Shown one piece after another: positions 28,051-41,649 of a stretch of DNA of 64,000 nt. How positions within the stretch are numbered: position 1 is the stretch's first letter; each line of letters starts with the position of its first letter. The notes below the pieces were generated by a model. The model saw only the letters and a program-made list of their open reading frames with translations. It had not been told where the DNA came from and searched no databases. Origin of the DNA: Oopsacas minuta. Taxonomy: Eukaryota > Animalia > Porifera. The position numbers and the translations under genes were made by a program. The stretch is taken from positions 186,001-250,000 of the forward strand of contig JAKMXF010000307.1 of NCBI GenBank assembly GCA_024704765.1. Direction: 5' to 3'.

Positions 28051-28584
28051 GGTTGGCGCTTGGCTAAGCTTCAACATTTTAATATATTAAGCAAAAGCAT
28101 TATTGAAGAAGTACTTAATCAGTGACATAATGAACTAACCTGTTTACAAATATCGGAATTTCCATTTATAGCGGGCTTGAAATAAATTATCGCCCTGGGC
28201 ACTCTTAAGGAATATGGTACAATTCAACCTCTAAAAGAGTCTCTCAAATTGAGGGACCTCTATAAGCGGGCATAATTTCGCTGGCTTTCGTGTATTTCCA
28301 AATCACTGAACAGTGAGCATCTACAAACAGGCAGTGGTATACCTTTATATACGTTTTTATAACTGTGATAAATTGAACTTTCTTGATTTATGAGAAGAAA
28401 TCCATACTCACGATCCTCTGGCTCGTCACTTCGCGATAAACTTGGCATATTGTGCCTTGAATTATCCATTATTCTCCAAATTGAGGGATCCATAAAGAAT
28501 TATAGCATATATGTAATAGAATTATTATGTAAGATTTACCCCCTTTGTAACCGTTGAGAGCAAGTCTGTATGTATATTTTGAAA

Positions 28585-28790
28585 TTCAATCCAAAAGTGT
28601 GAAAATGGGATTCAGCATGTTCGATATATCTAGTGTAGTTTCAGTGAATTCTATTTACTTCCTTGATAAACACGATAATACATAATTACGGACATTTTCA
28701 AAAGTGCATACCACAAATCCTTTCCTTGACAACGACAAACAAACAATTAAACATACAGACAGGCAACAATGGTGATTCTTTAATATAGAT
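28585..28790. repeat. Second copy of the DINE-1/HINE-like repeat
   Basis: CAATCCAAAAGTGTGAAAATGGGATTCAGCAT...CCTTGACAACGACAAACAAAC...ACATACAGACAGGC, similar to 21340-21600. Confidence 0.5.
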
Positions 28791-29495
28791 TTCCTATTCA
28801 ACCTATAACTTTAGGAGATAATATAATAATCAATCATCATTGAATATCCTCCGTTGGAGGAATTGGTTATACACAATAACTCAAAAACTCATTAAAGGAG
28901 GATTGCAGTTGAAAATATAAGTCGGGAAAGGGAATTTTTGAAGAATCGTTAACCCAATCATCCCAATAATAGATGTTCTGCTGTATATGCAATTAAGAGA
29001 TTAAATATTAGGTCAAGAAATATTTAGGTGATGGCTACCCCTTACACGAATCCGGTGGATCGGTGACTGACAAATGGGCCACCATTTCACATTAACAATT
29101 CTTTTCCAGAACTCGCATAACAAGCTGACTTCTTGATTTTGAATTCGAACCTATACAACTTTTTGAATGAAGTTCATGGAATTATGTTCAAAGGCCATAG
29201 AAACTTTTGAAAACAAATCCATGGGACTCATCCACAAAAATTCTAAATAAAAAAACATTTTCTTCTTTCTAAGTTTGCATTCCCGAAAATTCCAAATAAT
29301 ATTCTTAGTCATATACTCAGATTATGAGTTCTACGAATAATTCTGGAATTGATCAATTTTTGGAATAATTCAAAGAATATTTCAAAATTTGAGTTCATAT
29401 GAACCCAAAATTCTTAGAATTTGTACATAATTCCTTGAAATTATGAGAATATTAAAAAAAAGTACAAGTGAACAGGGATCAGATAAATATAAATA

Positions 29496-30824
29496 GGGTG
29501 TTAAGAAATTGTTGTCCCATTTGGAAATGAAATAGAACCACAATTTTACCTGATGAATCAAGTTTTAACTCTATAATCATACTCAAAATTATTTTAACTA
29601 TTAGATTTAGGTTAATTTCTAAAATTCTTTCTACTAAAATTACGCTATTTTTCAAATATTCCTATCCATAATATACTAGAAATTGAGATGGTTAAATACG
29701 CGACTCTAAACACCAGTACACGTGCAGTTTCCTTGGTAGAAGCGGGTATGTTGATTCATCAGGTTGCTAAAGTTGTAGGTGTATCTATCCGTACAATTCG
29801 ACGCTGGTAACTGAGGCTCAAGGCCGATGAGTCTCTACAGAACAGGAAGGGCGGTGGAAGGAAAACGTCTGTCACTATGGCACCTAAAGTGGTAATTGCT
29901 AAGACAATCGGTAAAAAGATGAAGTCTACACGATATGTCTCCAAGAATCTCCAATCTAAGGGGTTTTCGATCTCTCATGTGACAGTACGCTCATACTTAC
30001 GTAAAATCTCAATGTTCGACCCTACAAACCGCAGGTTCAACCAAAATTAACAGAAAAACAGAAGCAGCTCGAGTAAAATTCTGCAATGAAAGGAAGGATT
30101 GGTCAATTAACACCTGGAAAAGAGTCTTATTCTCAGATAAGTCCTCTTTCGAGCTTTTCCACACTCCGAATAAGCAAAACGACCGTGTATGGGCGAAATC
30201 CAGGGTTGATATCCCTCCCACTGAAAAGTTAAATTTCCTGGAAAATCATGGTATGGGGTGTGATGTCATCTCTAGGACTCTCAGACTGCCAAATAATCCC
30301 CCAAAGACTAACTGTGACATCAGACTATTATGTAGAAGTCATATTGAAACAGCCTCTAACATCTAGCTTACTTCGAAACGAGAGATTCAGGGACGATCCT
30401 GGAGAGAAAATTGTTGCCAGATAGGTCCCAAGCAATTATTCAACAAGATAGAGCCCCGGCACATACTTCGAAAAGAAGCCAGGAGTGGTTGAAAAACAAT
30501 ATGGCAGGTTTTAGACAAAAGAAATGTGGCCTTCGAACTCACCAGACTTAAATCCTATCAAAAACCTCTGGGCTATTTTGCAAACCAAGCTGGATGCAAT
30601 GGAGCGTGCAACTAACCTAAAGGTTTTAGAAAAATAGTTAAATTTGGCCTGGAAGGAAATCTCACCGGAGACACTAGAGAGACTCATAGCTGGGATGCCT
30701 GGTCGAATTAGAAAATGTCTAAAACTGCATGGGGATTACATGGGAAAGTAATACCATATCTATTTAGATTAAACTACAGAATAGCGGGGGTTATAAAAAG
30801 CGACATCAATTTCTTAACACCCTG
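29496..30824 (+). mobile_element. Tc1/mariner-superfamily element (DD37E-like group), full length, inactivated
   Basis: TIR (CA)GGGTGTTAAGAAATTG(T/A)TGTC. VLFSDKSSFELFH, IMVWGVMS, QQDRAPAHTSKRSQEW, SNSPDLNPIKNLW; same architecture as 5316-6657. Confidence 0.85.
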
Positions 30825-32049
30825 TATTTAACAATTTAAATAATTCTTATACCCTGAGGGTATCTAAATATAGTAATGAATATTAAGACAAAATATACAA
30901 GATGATTCAAACATGATTGAATAGATGACTAATGCGGAATAATATTTAGCAGGTACCATCAACTTACACAATTGTGTGAAAATAATAAAGATATAAATAC
31001 AATGATATTTCAAGTTTCTAATTAGTTAAAGAAATGTAATATTTAATATTGCTGAGTTATATCGGCGTGAAATTGTTCTAATTATCTACATTTTGTCTGC
31101 GTGCTCATGTTCTTTGAGAGAAACTGATTATAGGCAGTCCTGTTTTCAGGGTGAGAAAGATGGCCGTCTTCATATATGATAAATGAACTCTCTAAGCAAA
31201 ATTTAAAGTGACTCCTATGTGCATCAAATTTATTCAAAAATATCATGGTTGGCAGAAAGTTGTATTCTAATGTCCAATATCAGAGTATTCAAATTGTCAA
31301 AGTGGGAAAATACCAACTGAACAGGAATATTTGCCCACTTTTAGAAATTCATTCTATCATCGCTAGCAGTATGTGAAAAATATCAAGAGCATAATTGAAA
31401 TATGTTTCTAACAAACTCCTGAAATCGAAGCTGTTTCTCGTTTCATCTTCAGTTTAGGAAAGTATTTGAAATCCTCAGCTCAAGCGTCATGCAGCGGGAT
31501 ACCGAACACCGTGAAATGCAATGGCAAGTATTCAAAACTGTTTGATGCCTGTAGCTAAAAATTGTAAAGTAACTGCAAATTGAGTGGTCGAGGGTATAGA
31601 GCGTGATCAAAATGTGCATCGGTTTGTAACAGTTCTGAATAAATTAATCAACTCTATTAACATGGACCATACAATCCTGTAACGAACAATGAAGTTTGTA
31701 TCTGAAAAAGAGTCAAGAAGATTCAAACTACTATCAATTATAGCTTGAAATAATTGAGAGGCCATTATGTAAATATATTGGAATTGTTACAAAATTATGA
31801 GTGAAATGAAAGCTAAATATTCGTAAATACTGAAACTCCTGTATTTATAGAATAGCAGGAAATTATGTATTGCTAATGGGTAATTCTATAAATAACTAAG
31901 AAAATTGGTCCACATAATGGGAAATAAGCTCTAAGAATAAGTGAATATATCTTAGGTATATTTTTCGGTACGAACTCTAGTATATTCCTTGGAATTTGAT
32001 TATGTTAGTGAATAAGGGCCATGTTAGCATCAATATAGTAGTAGAAGGT

Positions 32050-32350
32050 TCTACCTGAAAGTTTTGTTACATGTGAAAGAGTTTAGATTTACGATGAGAG
32101 ATTTCTTTAGTACTATAAAGTTGTATTTATGGGAATATATCTTTTCTAGCCAAAACTTTAGGTACGTAGTTGCATACAATAGTTCCACTAAATCACTCAT
32201 ATTTGGAATGTTATAGTGATAATGATTCACCAGGATTGAGACTTGCTTGAGCTGCATTTCTCGGACTAACCTCCTGATACATCTTTTCTACAAGAACAGG
32301 TAAAGAGCGATGTCCCCTCCCTGAAATAGGTCTTCTGAGAAAATTATCTG
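32050..32350 (-). pseudogene. Possible LINE apurinic endonuclease remnant
   Basis: FLRR..SGRG(frameshift)IALYL resembles the RRDR..GRGGGVALY endonuclease motif; weak. Confidence 0.3.
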
Positions 32351-33099
32351 TAGTAGAAGTTAGAAACGAATTCAAATAAAACTCATTTAAACTTCAACGT
32401 ATATTATACCGACTTTCTGAATAACTATAGATACAATGAATATTATCAAAAGAATTGTTAATGTATTCAGAAATGTCATAAAATATTAAATGAGAATTGG
32501 CTTAGCATTAAGATTTGAAATTTTTCAAACTTGTCAAATATAATCTGTTATTTGACCGGATTCTCAGAATTATTTTGAAAAAATATTTCTTCTAGATGCT
32601 CTTGGAATAAAAATTACGACTTGTTTCTTGCTACTATCAACCATGCGAAAGTGTATCTACAATAATTTCTCGGGCCATAGTTACAGAACAATAATTATCT
32701 GTAAATAATACAGATATGATTATTCCAAGCGTATTTTTGACACTCTTATCGTATATTTCTAACAGATAATACCATATAATACAGATGGGAAAGCAGCAGA
32801 CCAACGAATAAAAAATCGGGTTCAGTTTTTGATTATGACTCTAAAACAAATTATACTTTTAGAAATCATGAAATGACTTAAAATAGGGTAATAGAGAATG
32901 GTAATCCATAGGTATGATTCTTGAGATTTTCAGAACTGTGGTTTAGGCGACATTACGTCAGCAACAACTAATACACGTGTATGCAGTATACAACTATAAG
33001 AAATTGACCGATTATGGCCGAAGTGTTACGTTAATTCCCGACTCTCTCACAATTATCAGTAACATGTAGATCGCAAACAAAACAAAAATCCCGTGAGCA

Positions 33100-36000
33100 A
33101 GTAAGTAGAGCATTAAATGTTTAGTTGGAAATTTATTTGCAAATTTCTAAGATTCAAAAAAGTCCGTGTTACAAAATGCAGTTGCTACATAAAAATAATC
33201 AACTTCTGTTGGTAACTGAAGTCCTCCTCTATTAAGAATCTCAATATAAACATTATTCACCTTATCTTTCTGAGGTAGTGGGAAACAAAGATTAAATTTG
33301 GAACTTTGTAGGAGCGAATGAGAGATATACGCTGGCAACATAATTAACGATATGTTTAGAGTTACCTGATAAAGAAAGTAGGTCAATAGAATCAGTAAGT
33401 AATGTGGTTAAAAATCGGAAATCAGCATATCTATTTCTTCAGGATACAGATCGCCCAATAATGTCGGTATCGCGTTTGAAAGATGCTAGTAAGATATAAT
33501 TTTTCCAGAATGCAGTGGTTCAGTTAAACTCACCAAAACACGACCTGAATTCATATGTCCAAATTGAGGGAATCTCCAGCCTAACGGATCGATCTAAATC
33601 TTTCGGTTATTATGTAAGAAAGGTAATCTCGAATTAAATCATACTGTGGCTTTAGGTAGTAATCAGGGCACTTGATGCCTCAAAGATTAGAAATTCTAAA
33701 GCTTTTTCGAAATTTCCACAATTTGACTTTTTGTTTAGTATTGATCACGTAATGATCAGAATATATGATTGCATCCTGTCAACGTCAAGAAGTAAGGACA
33801 TTTCACCCATTGAGGGATACCTGTAATACAAATTTGAAACTTTGATCATGTATATAAACTGAATAGTGTCAAATAATGCAATATTTCGAAAATATTAGTG
33901 GGGAAAATGACGTCATAATTTCGTATTAGCTGTCCATTTTCGTCCAAGACTCGAACATATCCAAGGCATGACCAAAATATCCCTAGGGATCCTCTAGTTT
34001 CTTCAATCAAATTTTGACATTTAAACAAATAGCGGGTGCCTAAAAATCAGTCCGTGCACATCTTAGGGCACCTTGAAACTATTAATCAAACAAGGCAATA
34101 ATAGTATATTAATTCTATTTAAAAATATGTTGGATAACCTAAAGACGGAGTAATAGGGTGCCCAGTAGAAGTATTTGAGAGTTCAAAGAATTTTTGAAAC
34201 GCTATCCTTCATTGAAATTACACAACAATTTTGCATATATTCGACGCCACAAATCGTCCTGGGAATCGAGAATTCAGGGTGGATTAAGAAATTTCAGAAT
34301 AAGAGAACTGTTGAAAACCCAAAATAGTAGGTATGAAAAGTGTGCAAGTCATTCCGGGAGAAATAGTTATGAAGAATGTAACTGGAATTTTGTTCAAAAA
34401 TCCAAAAACGCAAAGATTTTTATAGTATTCATCTCGAACTTAGGCTCTAATTCTCGTAGACTTTGAAACCACGATAGTATGAACTTGTATTCTTCTTGTA
34501 CGATATTTTAGCTCTATAACTATAAGGTCTCTACCAAATATTAATTATTTGTGCCTTTATTCGCATAGCCTGTATACACATAGATTAATTATTTTTAATA
34601 ATATAAATGATATATTAGCAACAGTGATATAGGGAATCATTAATGGTTCAAAACTTTCTTTAATGAGACCAAGTTTTTATGATGGTCTTCATTTTGATCT
34701 TCATTTCCAGAAGAAGGTATGTTTATCATTAAAAGTATTTGGATTATTATCATTTGCAAAATGTTGCGGATGATAACGTTCTGCTGAATTAACAAGCAAC
34801 CACCATGTTTATATAAACTCGAGGAATAGGGGAGTTACAATATCTATAGAGTGGGGTCTACGAATAACGGACACGTTGGGGACGCGGCTTCTGTCTGTTG
34901 TAGAGAACTGTCCGCTCCTCGGAGACCGCTTAAATAAAACTTACTTGCTTGGAAAATTCAATCCTGGACACGGAGTTTGCCCGTTGCATGGGGTTGTCCT
35001 CTTCTCTAGACAATTCAGGGTACCATTAACTACAATTTTGGACAACATTGGAGATACTGGAATAGCTTTAATGATAAAGGGAATAGTATTTGTGAGAGAC
35101 ATCGCCATAAAACAAAGTATGCTCGTGTATATTTGGAGGTCTTCATTACAACCAATAAGAGTTTGTCCGTCGAAATGTACTTGTTGCTGTAGGTGGTTTG
35201 ATAATTAACAAAAACGACATCATTTCCAAAATTAACGTATCCATGAAATTCAGATAAAGCATTTATAGAATCAATGGAGTAAAGGTTTCAACAAAATAAC
35301 AGTCTCTTGCTAGATAGCGGCAAATATTGACATAATAGAACACAAGCTGCATTTCAAGTATAGCGCAATTGGAGGTAAATCGAATAAAACTGGTAGAGTA
35401 TTTACAATATATTAATGGGTAATAGTACATGACTCGCAACAGATCTATAAGAGGTTGAATATCATAATTGTTAGTGACATTTCTAGAACAGTTGGGGGAA
35501 ATTTGTTAACAAATTCAGGGTACGAAATGTAGAGGTATGAATTCCATATATAATATGAAATAGGAATAGAGAATCCTTCAAAGAAAGCTTCACGTGCATC
35601 AGAAATGATATTGATAGACTCGATAACTGTAGCTACACCTGATTGTATTTCAACTCTGTAAATAGTAAGATCTGTCTCATTAGAAGAATGAAAAAGTGTC
35701 TCTACTCGATCGATGAATTTATGTGCAAGATATCATCCAAACTTTTGCACATTGATAGAGCATGAAAAATAGGTAATTCATCTTTTTGAAAAATTAGAAC
35801 TATAGATTTTTACTATTAAGTGAAGAAAAAAACCAGCTTGCAATTAGGGATGGAAGAAGAGTATATTGTTGGGATAGGTTTCAGTTTGATATTTAGCCTC
35901 TTATTTAATAGATGGAGAATGATATATTTTTCTTCTAAAAATGTTCGATGCATATCGGTGAAGACTGAGAAACTGTCAAAACTTCAATATTCAAAACTGA

Positions 36001-36150
36001 ACTAATTTCCGTCCGATTTCATCTTGCTTTGGAAAGGCTGGAAAGGACCAAGTTAAGCACAACAATAGTAGATCCACTGGAATAAGCTGAAAGAAACTTG
36101 CAACAGAGCATTTGAAGGCATAATGAAAATATGATTAAAGAAGTGTTCTA
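33100..36150 (-). pseudogene. THAP-domain P-element-like transposase, decayed and interrupted
   Basis: Motifs appear in order: TFLEEKY...RLNIKLKPIPTIY (THAP C-terminus), LRYT*NAACVLLCQYLPLSSKRLL, LQQQVHFDGQTLIG...ILCFMAMSLTNTIPFIIKAIP, TEKI*IDPLGWRF, LNRGGLQLPT. Confidence 0.65.
34849..35010. mobile_element. Partial pogo-type MITE inside the P-like remnant
   Basis: TA-GAGTGGGGTCTACGAATAACGGACAC...GTCCGCT resembles CAGTGG pogo MITE ends; the right end is degenerate. Confidence 0.4.
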
Positions 36151-36748
36151 GGAATAGGTAACAAAGTAGTAGGTAAGAGATGCACATATAACTATAGTAC
36201 AGATATTATAGTCTCGAAAGAGATTCTTTATAATAACTGTGCTTTGATATAGTACAGATTTTGCAATACAAATCTCCATACCCTCAGCCGAAATGTGACT
36301 TTCATTAATCCAAAATATGACCCTTCCTCGAAGATATAAAAGCTAATACACAAAAACTATAATATAGTACAGCTGAGCTATACAAGTTATTTGTTATAAA
36401 ATATCACCGTCGATATAGGGAAACCCTGAAATTGAGATTTCTTACATATATTCGCAATCTCAACTTCTTAAACGTTTAATTTCCACTGTAATACATGCTT
36501 ATTTACAACCTACGGAAGAAAAATAGTCGGAATTTGGATAAGTGGGCTGAATCTAGCACCATAAGTGAAGAATTAAACAGTATACTGATGGTTTACGAAA
36601 TTAATCCTTGTAAATTATGTATTATGTAAGCACATGGTTGTGGATAAAAAGAATCTGATAGTTTGCAGGTAGATGCCAAATTTGTCAATTCGATATTATT
36701 ATAATTTGACCATCCGTCGGGCATTCGAATTAATGAAGTACCACTGCA

Positions 36749-37066
36749 CATACATACATACATCATACATACATACATACATACATACATACATACATAC
36801 ATACATACATACATACCATACATACATACATACATACATACATACATACATACATACATACATACATACATACATACATACATACATACATACATACATA
36901 CATACATACATACATACATACATACATACATACATACATACATACATACATACATACATACATACATACATACATACATACATACATACATACATACATA
37001 CATACATACATACATACATACATACATACATACATACATACATACATACATACATACATACATACA

Positions 37067-37100
<34 letters not shown>

Positions 37101-37115
37101 CATACATATATACAT
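36749..37115. repeat. (TACA)n tetranucleotide microsatellite, about 360 bp
   Basis: Directly visible, with two small interruptions; it generates the spurious YVCM/HTYI ORFs. Confidence 0.98.
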
Positions 37116-37749
37116 CTATACTATTACAACGCACTTAACCTGTATTAATGTAACTATTACTGTGTAGAAATTGCTTAGAATTATCAGAAGTCATAGAAGG
37201 AACTGGAAGGACCTAGGGCTGATTTTGGCATACATGGTTATTTTTGGCCTGGTTCAAAGGATATCGAGTCTTGGAAAAAAATTTCAAACCTATTACGAAA
37301 TATTATGTATAGCCAACTTTTATGATTCCCAAAAAATCACATTATTCCGCACTTTGCAGCCAGCATTCATGATAGATTGTTGAAATAAGAATCTCAATTC
37401 CCTTCATTAAGTCAAATCTTCTAACATAAGAAATTTCTAAGACTTTGTTCCCATACAAATTCATGATTCAATTTTTTGTCATCATGATTATACACATATT
37501 CAAATTTTAGAATTTCTAATACCTAAGGAACGAAGTTCCGAGATTATAAACTAAAAACAAGGAGTAATTTGGATAGACAATGAATAATAAAAATGTATAT
37601 TCCAGATTATACAATGTCACCTAATATCAATTGGTCTTTGCTTCAGTTTTTCTATTCAATTCAGAAATAATTCTTAGTCTTTCTTGACAAACATGCCCTC
37701 AGTTCACGCTAAGTAATAGCATCAATTTATACAAACATTCGAAGATCAT

Positions 37750-38400
37750 TTGTTAAGCCAAAAATACGCGATGCTACAAATCAACACACAAAGTGCAATA
37801 ATGTTGCATGAAAAATCTCATTTTCATCCACAATTGTTGCAAAATAGGACATTTCCTATTCCCATGCAAAAAGTTTCAGGCACCACAGTTATATGCACAT
37901 CTTACCATACACGATGCAACAACGCCGCATGCAATTTTTGCTGAATGGAATTCACCAACTCCTATTTTAGAATTGTCTTTGCCTGTGGAGTTACAGAAGT
38001 TAATCTACCCTCTAAAATCCATTGGTGTTACCAAAGAATTTCTCAAGGAGACTCTTTGTACTTCTTCTTGTGGGAATGCAAAATCTAAATGTGGTAAATT
38101 AGTAATCATGGTAACACTTGTCAGAAGACAAGGAAAATTTGTATGACGCTAACCGAACAAAGGTACTTGCCCGTAACAAATATACTGCTATATATCCTGG
38201 GATTATTCCAAATATTAAAATGTGCATACAAAATATACATGAAGGAACTAGTTAACTATGTCAGATAACATGGTTCTGATTAAATTGATGAATATCTTTC
38301 ACAATAGATATTCCACAATTTTACTTCTTGAAAAGTTCTAAAATCTTAGATCTCTGGGTAATCATTGGGAAGTTTGAATATTTAGGTACCTTGCGGATGT
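37750..38400 (+). pseudogene. Possible PIF/Harbinger- or ISL2EU-like transposase remnant
   Basis: Weak ordered resemblance: VSGTTV, SLPVELQKLIYP, SNHGNT, PGII, HEGTS; many breaks. Confidence 0.3.
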
Positions 38401-38640
38401 TTGGTCTTTCAGGCTCTAACAGTAGATTAACCGATTATGGCCGAAGTGTTACATTCGTACCGAAAATGAACACGTTAATTTACCACTTAGTTCTAACAAA
38501 TTCCTGTACCCAAATTACTGCACACATTACACATCATAAAATGACATTTTCCCAGCAGTATTCGGTTAAACAGCAGGTGCCTCAATGTCTCATAAGGCTT
38601 GAATGTGTTAATATTCTTCCATTCTGTTCTGATGATAGTA

Positions 38641-40007
38641 CCGGGTGTTTCAAAAAATTAGGCCCCAGTTACATCTTTTTCTCTCTATGTACAGGTATTC
38701 TATTATAGCAATATTTTCACTTCACTATATGGCAGAAACAACTCCTGTGAATACATCCATGCCAAATTGGAAGTTGGAACACCGCATATTCTGTGTCGAA
38801 TTCTACTTCAAACATGGGTCGTTTACCACGGTCAATGAATTATTTCATGCAAAGCTTAAGGCAGCTTCCTCGCCCTGTAAGAGTGTGATCCAATCCTGGG
38901 TTAGCCATTTTAAGGCTTATGGGCCATGCTAAACCTAAATACAAAGGATTCCAAGCGTCCAACTCATTCTGGGAGACCTAGGAAGAGAACTGCGGAGGTT
39001 ATTAATGATGTCAGGGAGGCAGTTGGAAACAGCCCAAAAAGGTCAATCCGGAAGAGGAGCCAGTCTCTTGGTATCACCCCTACCACCCTCTGGAGAGTCT
39101 TGAAACAAGATTTGTCCTTTTTCCCCTATAGAATACAAACTGGCAAGAAGCTATCAAATGTAGATAAGGTCAAGAGGGTAGCTATGGCTGAGAAATTGGT
39201 CGCCAAAGTTGAAAGTTGTGACTCATTCCTTGGGCTTCCCTTCACCTCGGATGAGACTCATTTTGAGCTGGATGGGCGGGTCAATAGTAAGAACAATGTA
39301 TTTTGGGGTACTCAGAAGCCTTCAGAGATAGTTCAGAAGCCATTACATTCAGAAAGATGCACCGTATGGGCTGTTATTGGGGCGAGAGGCATCATTGGAC
39401 CTAATTTCATAGAAGAAAATGGTCGAAATGTGACTGTGACAAAGGAACGCTACGTCAAGGTGCTTAATGAGTTCTGGAAAGAAGTGGAATCACTCTACCC
39501 CTCTCTACTACCCAAATTATGGTTCCAGCAGGATGGAGCCCCTGCCCATACCTCATTAATTGCTAGGGAATGGCTTAAAAACCACTTTGGAACCAGAATC
39601 ATCAGTCGACTGACCCCCTTTGAGTGGGCCCCTCATAGCCCGGACCTGAGCCCCCCTGATTTCTATCTTTGGGGCTAATTGAAGGATAAAGTATATGCTA
39701 ACAAACCCCAGAGCATCAGAGAACTAAAAATATCCATTAAGGATGAAATGAGAAAGATTCCAAAGTCAGTGTGCATGGATGTAATGAAGAATTTTGTGAA
39801 AAGACTAAGAAAATGCATGGAAGTTAATGGCGGGCACCTAGAACATATGCTATAAGTTGGGTATTTCAGTAATTTCAACCTTTTCCCTTAGTTATATTGT
39901 TAAAAAGTAGTATATTTATACTAGTTATCAATGGTATATCCGAATACATAGAATCGTCTGAAATATGGCTCCATGATTTTGGGGCCTGTTTTTTTTGAAA
40001 CACCCGG
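38641..40007 (+). mobile_element. rosa/DD41D Tc1/mariner element, full length, nearly intact
   Basis: TIR CCGGGTGTTTCAAAAAA with TA TSD. ORF 38926-39678 has SGRPR, FTSDETHF, FQQDGAPAH...HSPDLSPPDF (41 residues between D and D by my count). One frameshift near 38926 and a stop at LWG*LK. Confidence 0.92.
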
Positions 40008-41102
40008 TATATCCAGTGAAGATGATTGAAAAATTGTACTAGGGAATTCATCCTAATTAGTTAAGAGAAGGATAAATAATTATTTGTCACTGATAATGCT
40101 CGTGTTACGTAATTATCAGAAGATTGGACAAATTGGTTTAGATTAAAATGTCTCCAAACAACAGTGATTTTCCATCACTGCAGCTTGAAAGTGTGATACT
40201 ACACGCTAAATTACAACACCTCTCAACATAAATGGTTCTCTGGTATGCAAATTCATAGGTTGTTCAATTTTAATTCTCAAAATACAAACATTCATCTTTC
40301 ACAATCTGAATGAATTTTTGTAAAATATGAAGTATATGGCCGATAATATTCCTTAGAATGATAGCTTTACTTTATGTGCTAAACATCATCCAGGTTTAAA
40401 CAGATCGCAAACGGTGGAGGAAGTAAATCTAGATAGGACAGTCAATTTACATAGGCAATTCAATATTGCAAAATTATGGCGATAGTGGAATGTGATCACT
40501 TAACCGATATGAAAAGTAAATCAGCCGATAAAGAGCAAAGCCTGAATATAATAATATTTGCCCTACCCATTACTACATAGTTCGAAGAAATAAATTGGTA
40601 AACAATGAAAATGGATAAACCAGTATAAAGATAAATCATGTGAGTATTTGATCAATTATATAATCATACAAGTAACACTATTAAAAGGCGCAGTACAATA
40701 TTTAAAAGCCTTTCCAAACTGGATTATTCGAAAGTTTAATGCTACGAACATTATGTTTCATTGAATTCTTTGTCTGTTTTTGAAAGATTTCATATATACA
40801 ATGCAGCCTTACGCCGTGTTTGTAAAAATCTACAGCATAAAAACGTAAATGTACCAGATTTTGTGTGAATATAAGTTGGTCTTATCAGGAAAACTGTATT
40901 CCTATTAACAGGATCTTACTATATTCAACACATCAGTGTTTATCAAACCTTTCCAGCAAGCTGCCCTTGAAAACATTTTTTCCCTCGATACTGCACACCT
41001 CTCAGAAGTTCCAATATTTCGTTAAATTTGTAATTGGATAGTAAGTATGTGAAAATACAGTAGAAAGCGATTTTTGTTACTAATTCTTTGCACAGAAATA
41101 TA

Positions 41103-41603
41103 CAGTGGAAGTCGCTTCATCGGGAATCGGATAATCGGTATATCCCCTTAAACGGGACAATGATTTGGGAACAGATTACTTACATAGAAAAATAACCGGA
41201 TAATTGGGACATCGAATCGGTTAATCGGAATTTTTAATCCCTATTAACCAAATATGAACATTATATTCGCTGAATTGGGATTCGATCCCAATTAAACGAT
41301 GATATATTTATTCAGAATCATTGTAATATGGTTTGTTATTAAAACTAGGAATATTAATAATCTAAAACCATAACAATACACCACCCATACAATTGCAATA
41401 CAAAAACTAAGATTATTAACTTTGCTCACTACCTATATAATCAGGATTTAGTAACAGTGTAATAAGATATGTTTGGTTATGTTCTGATACCGTGAAAACT
41501 AGTTTTGAATACTTAAATATAATCTAATGGGTTAATTGGGACAATCGATTAATCGGGACAAAACATTGACTCCCGAGCTGTCCCGATTAAACGGCTTCCA
41601 CTG
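41103..41603. mobile_element. pogo/Tigger-type MITE
   Basis: TA-CAGTGGAAGTCGCTTCATCGGGA...TCCCGATTAAACGGCTTCCACTG-TA; repeated internal AATCGG motifs. Confidence 0.8.
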
Positions 41604-41649
41604 TAGTTAAAACAATGGAAAGGAAGTATTGTTGAAAATGATTGTAAAT

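Noticed and set aside
36593-37167. ORFs of 123-164 aa made of YVCM/HTYI repeats
   Set aside because: Translation artefacts of the (TACA)n microsatellite.
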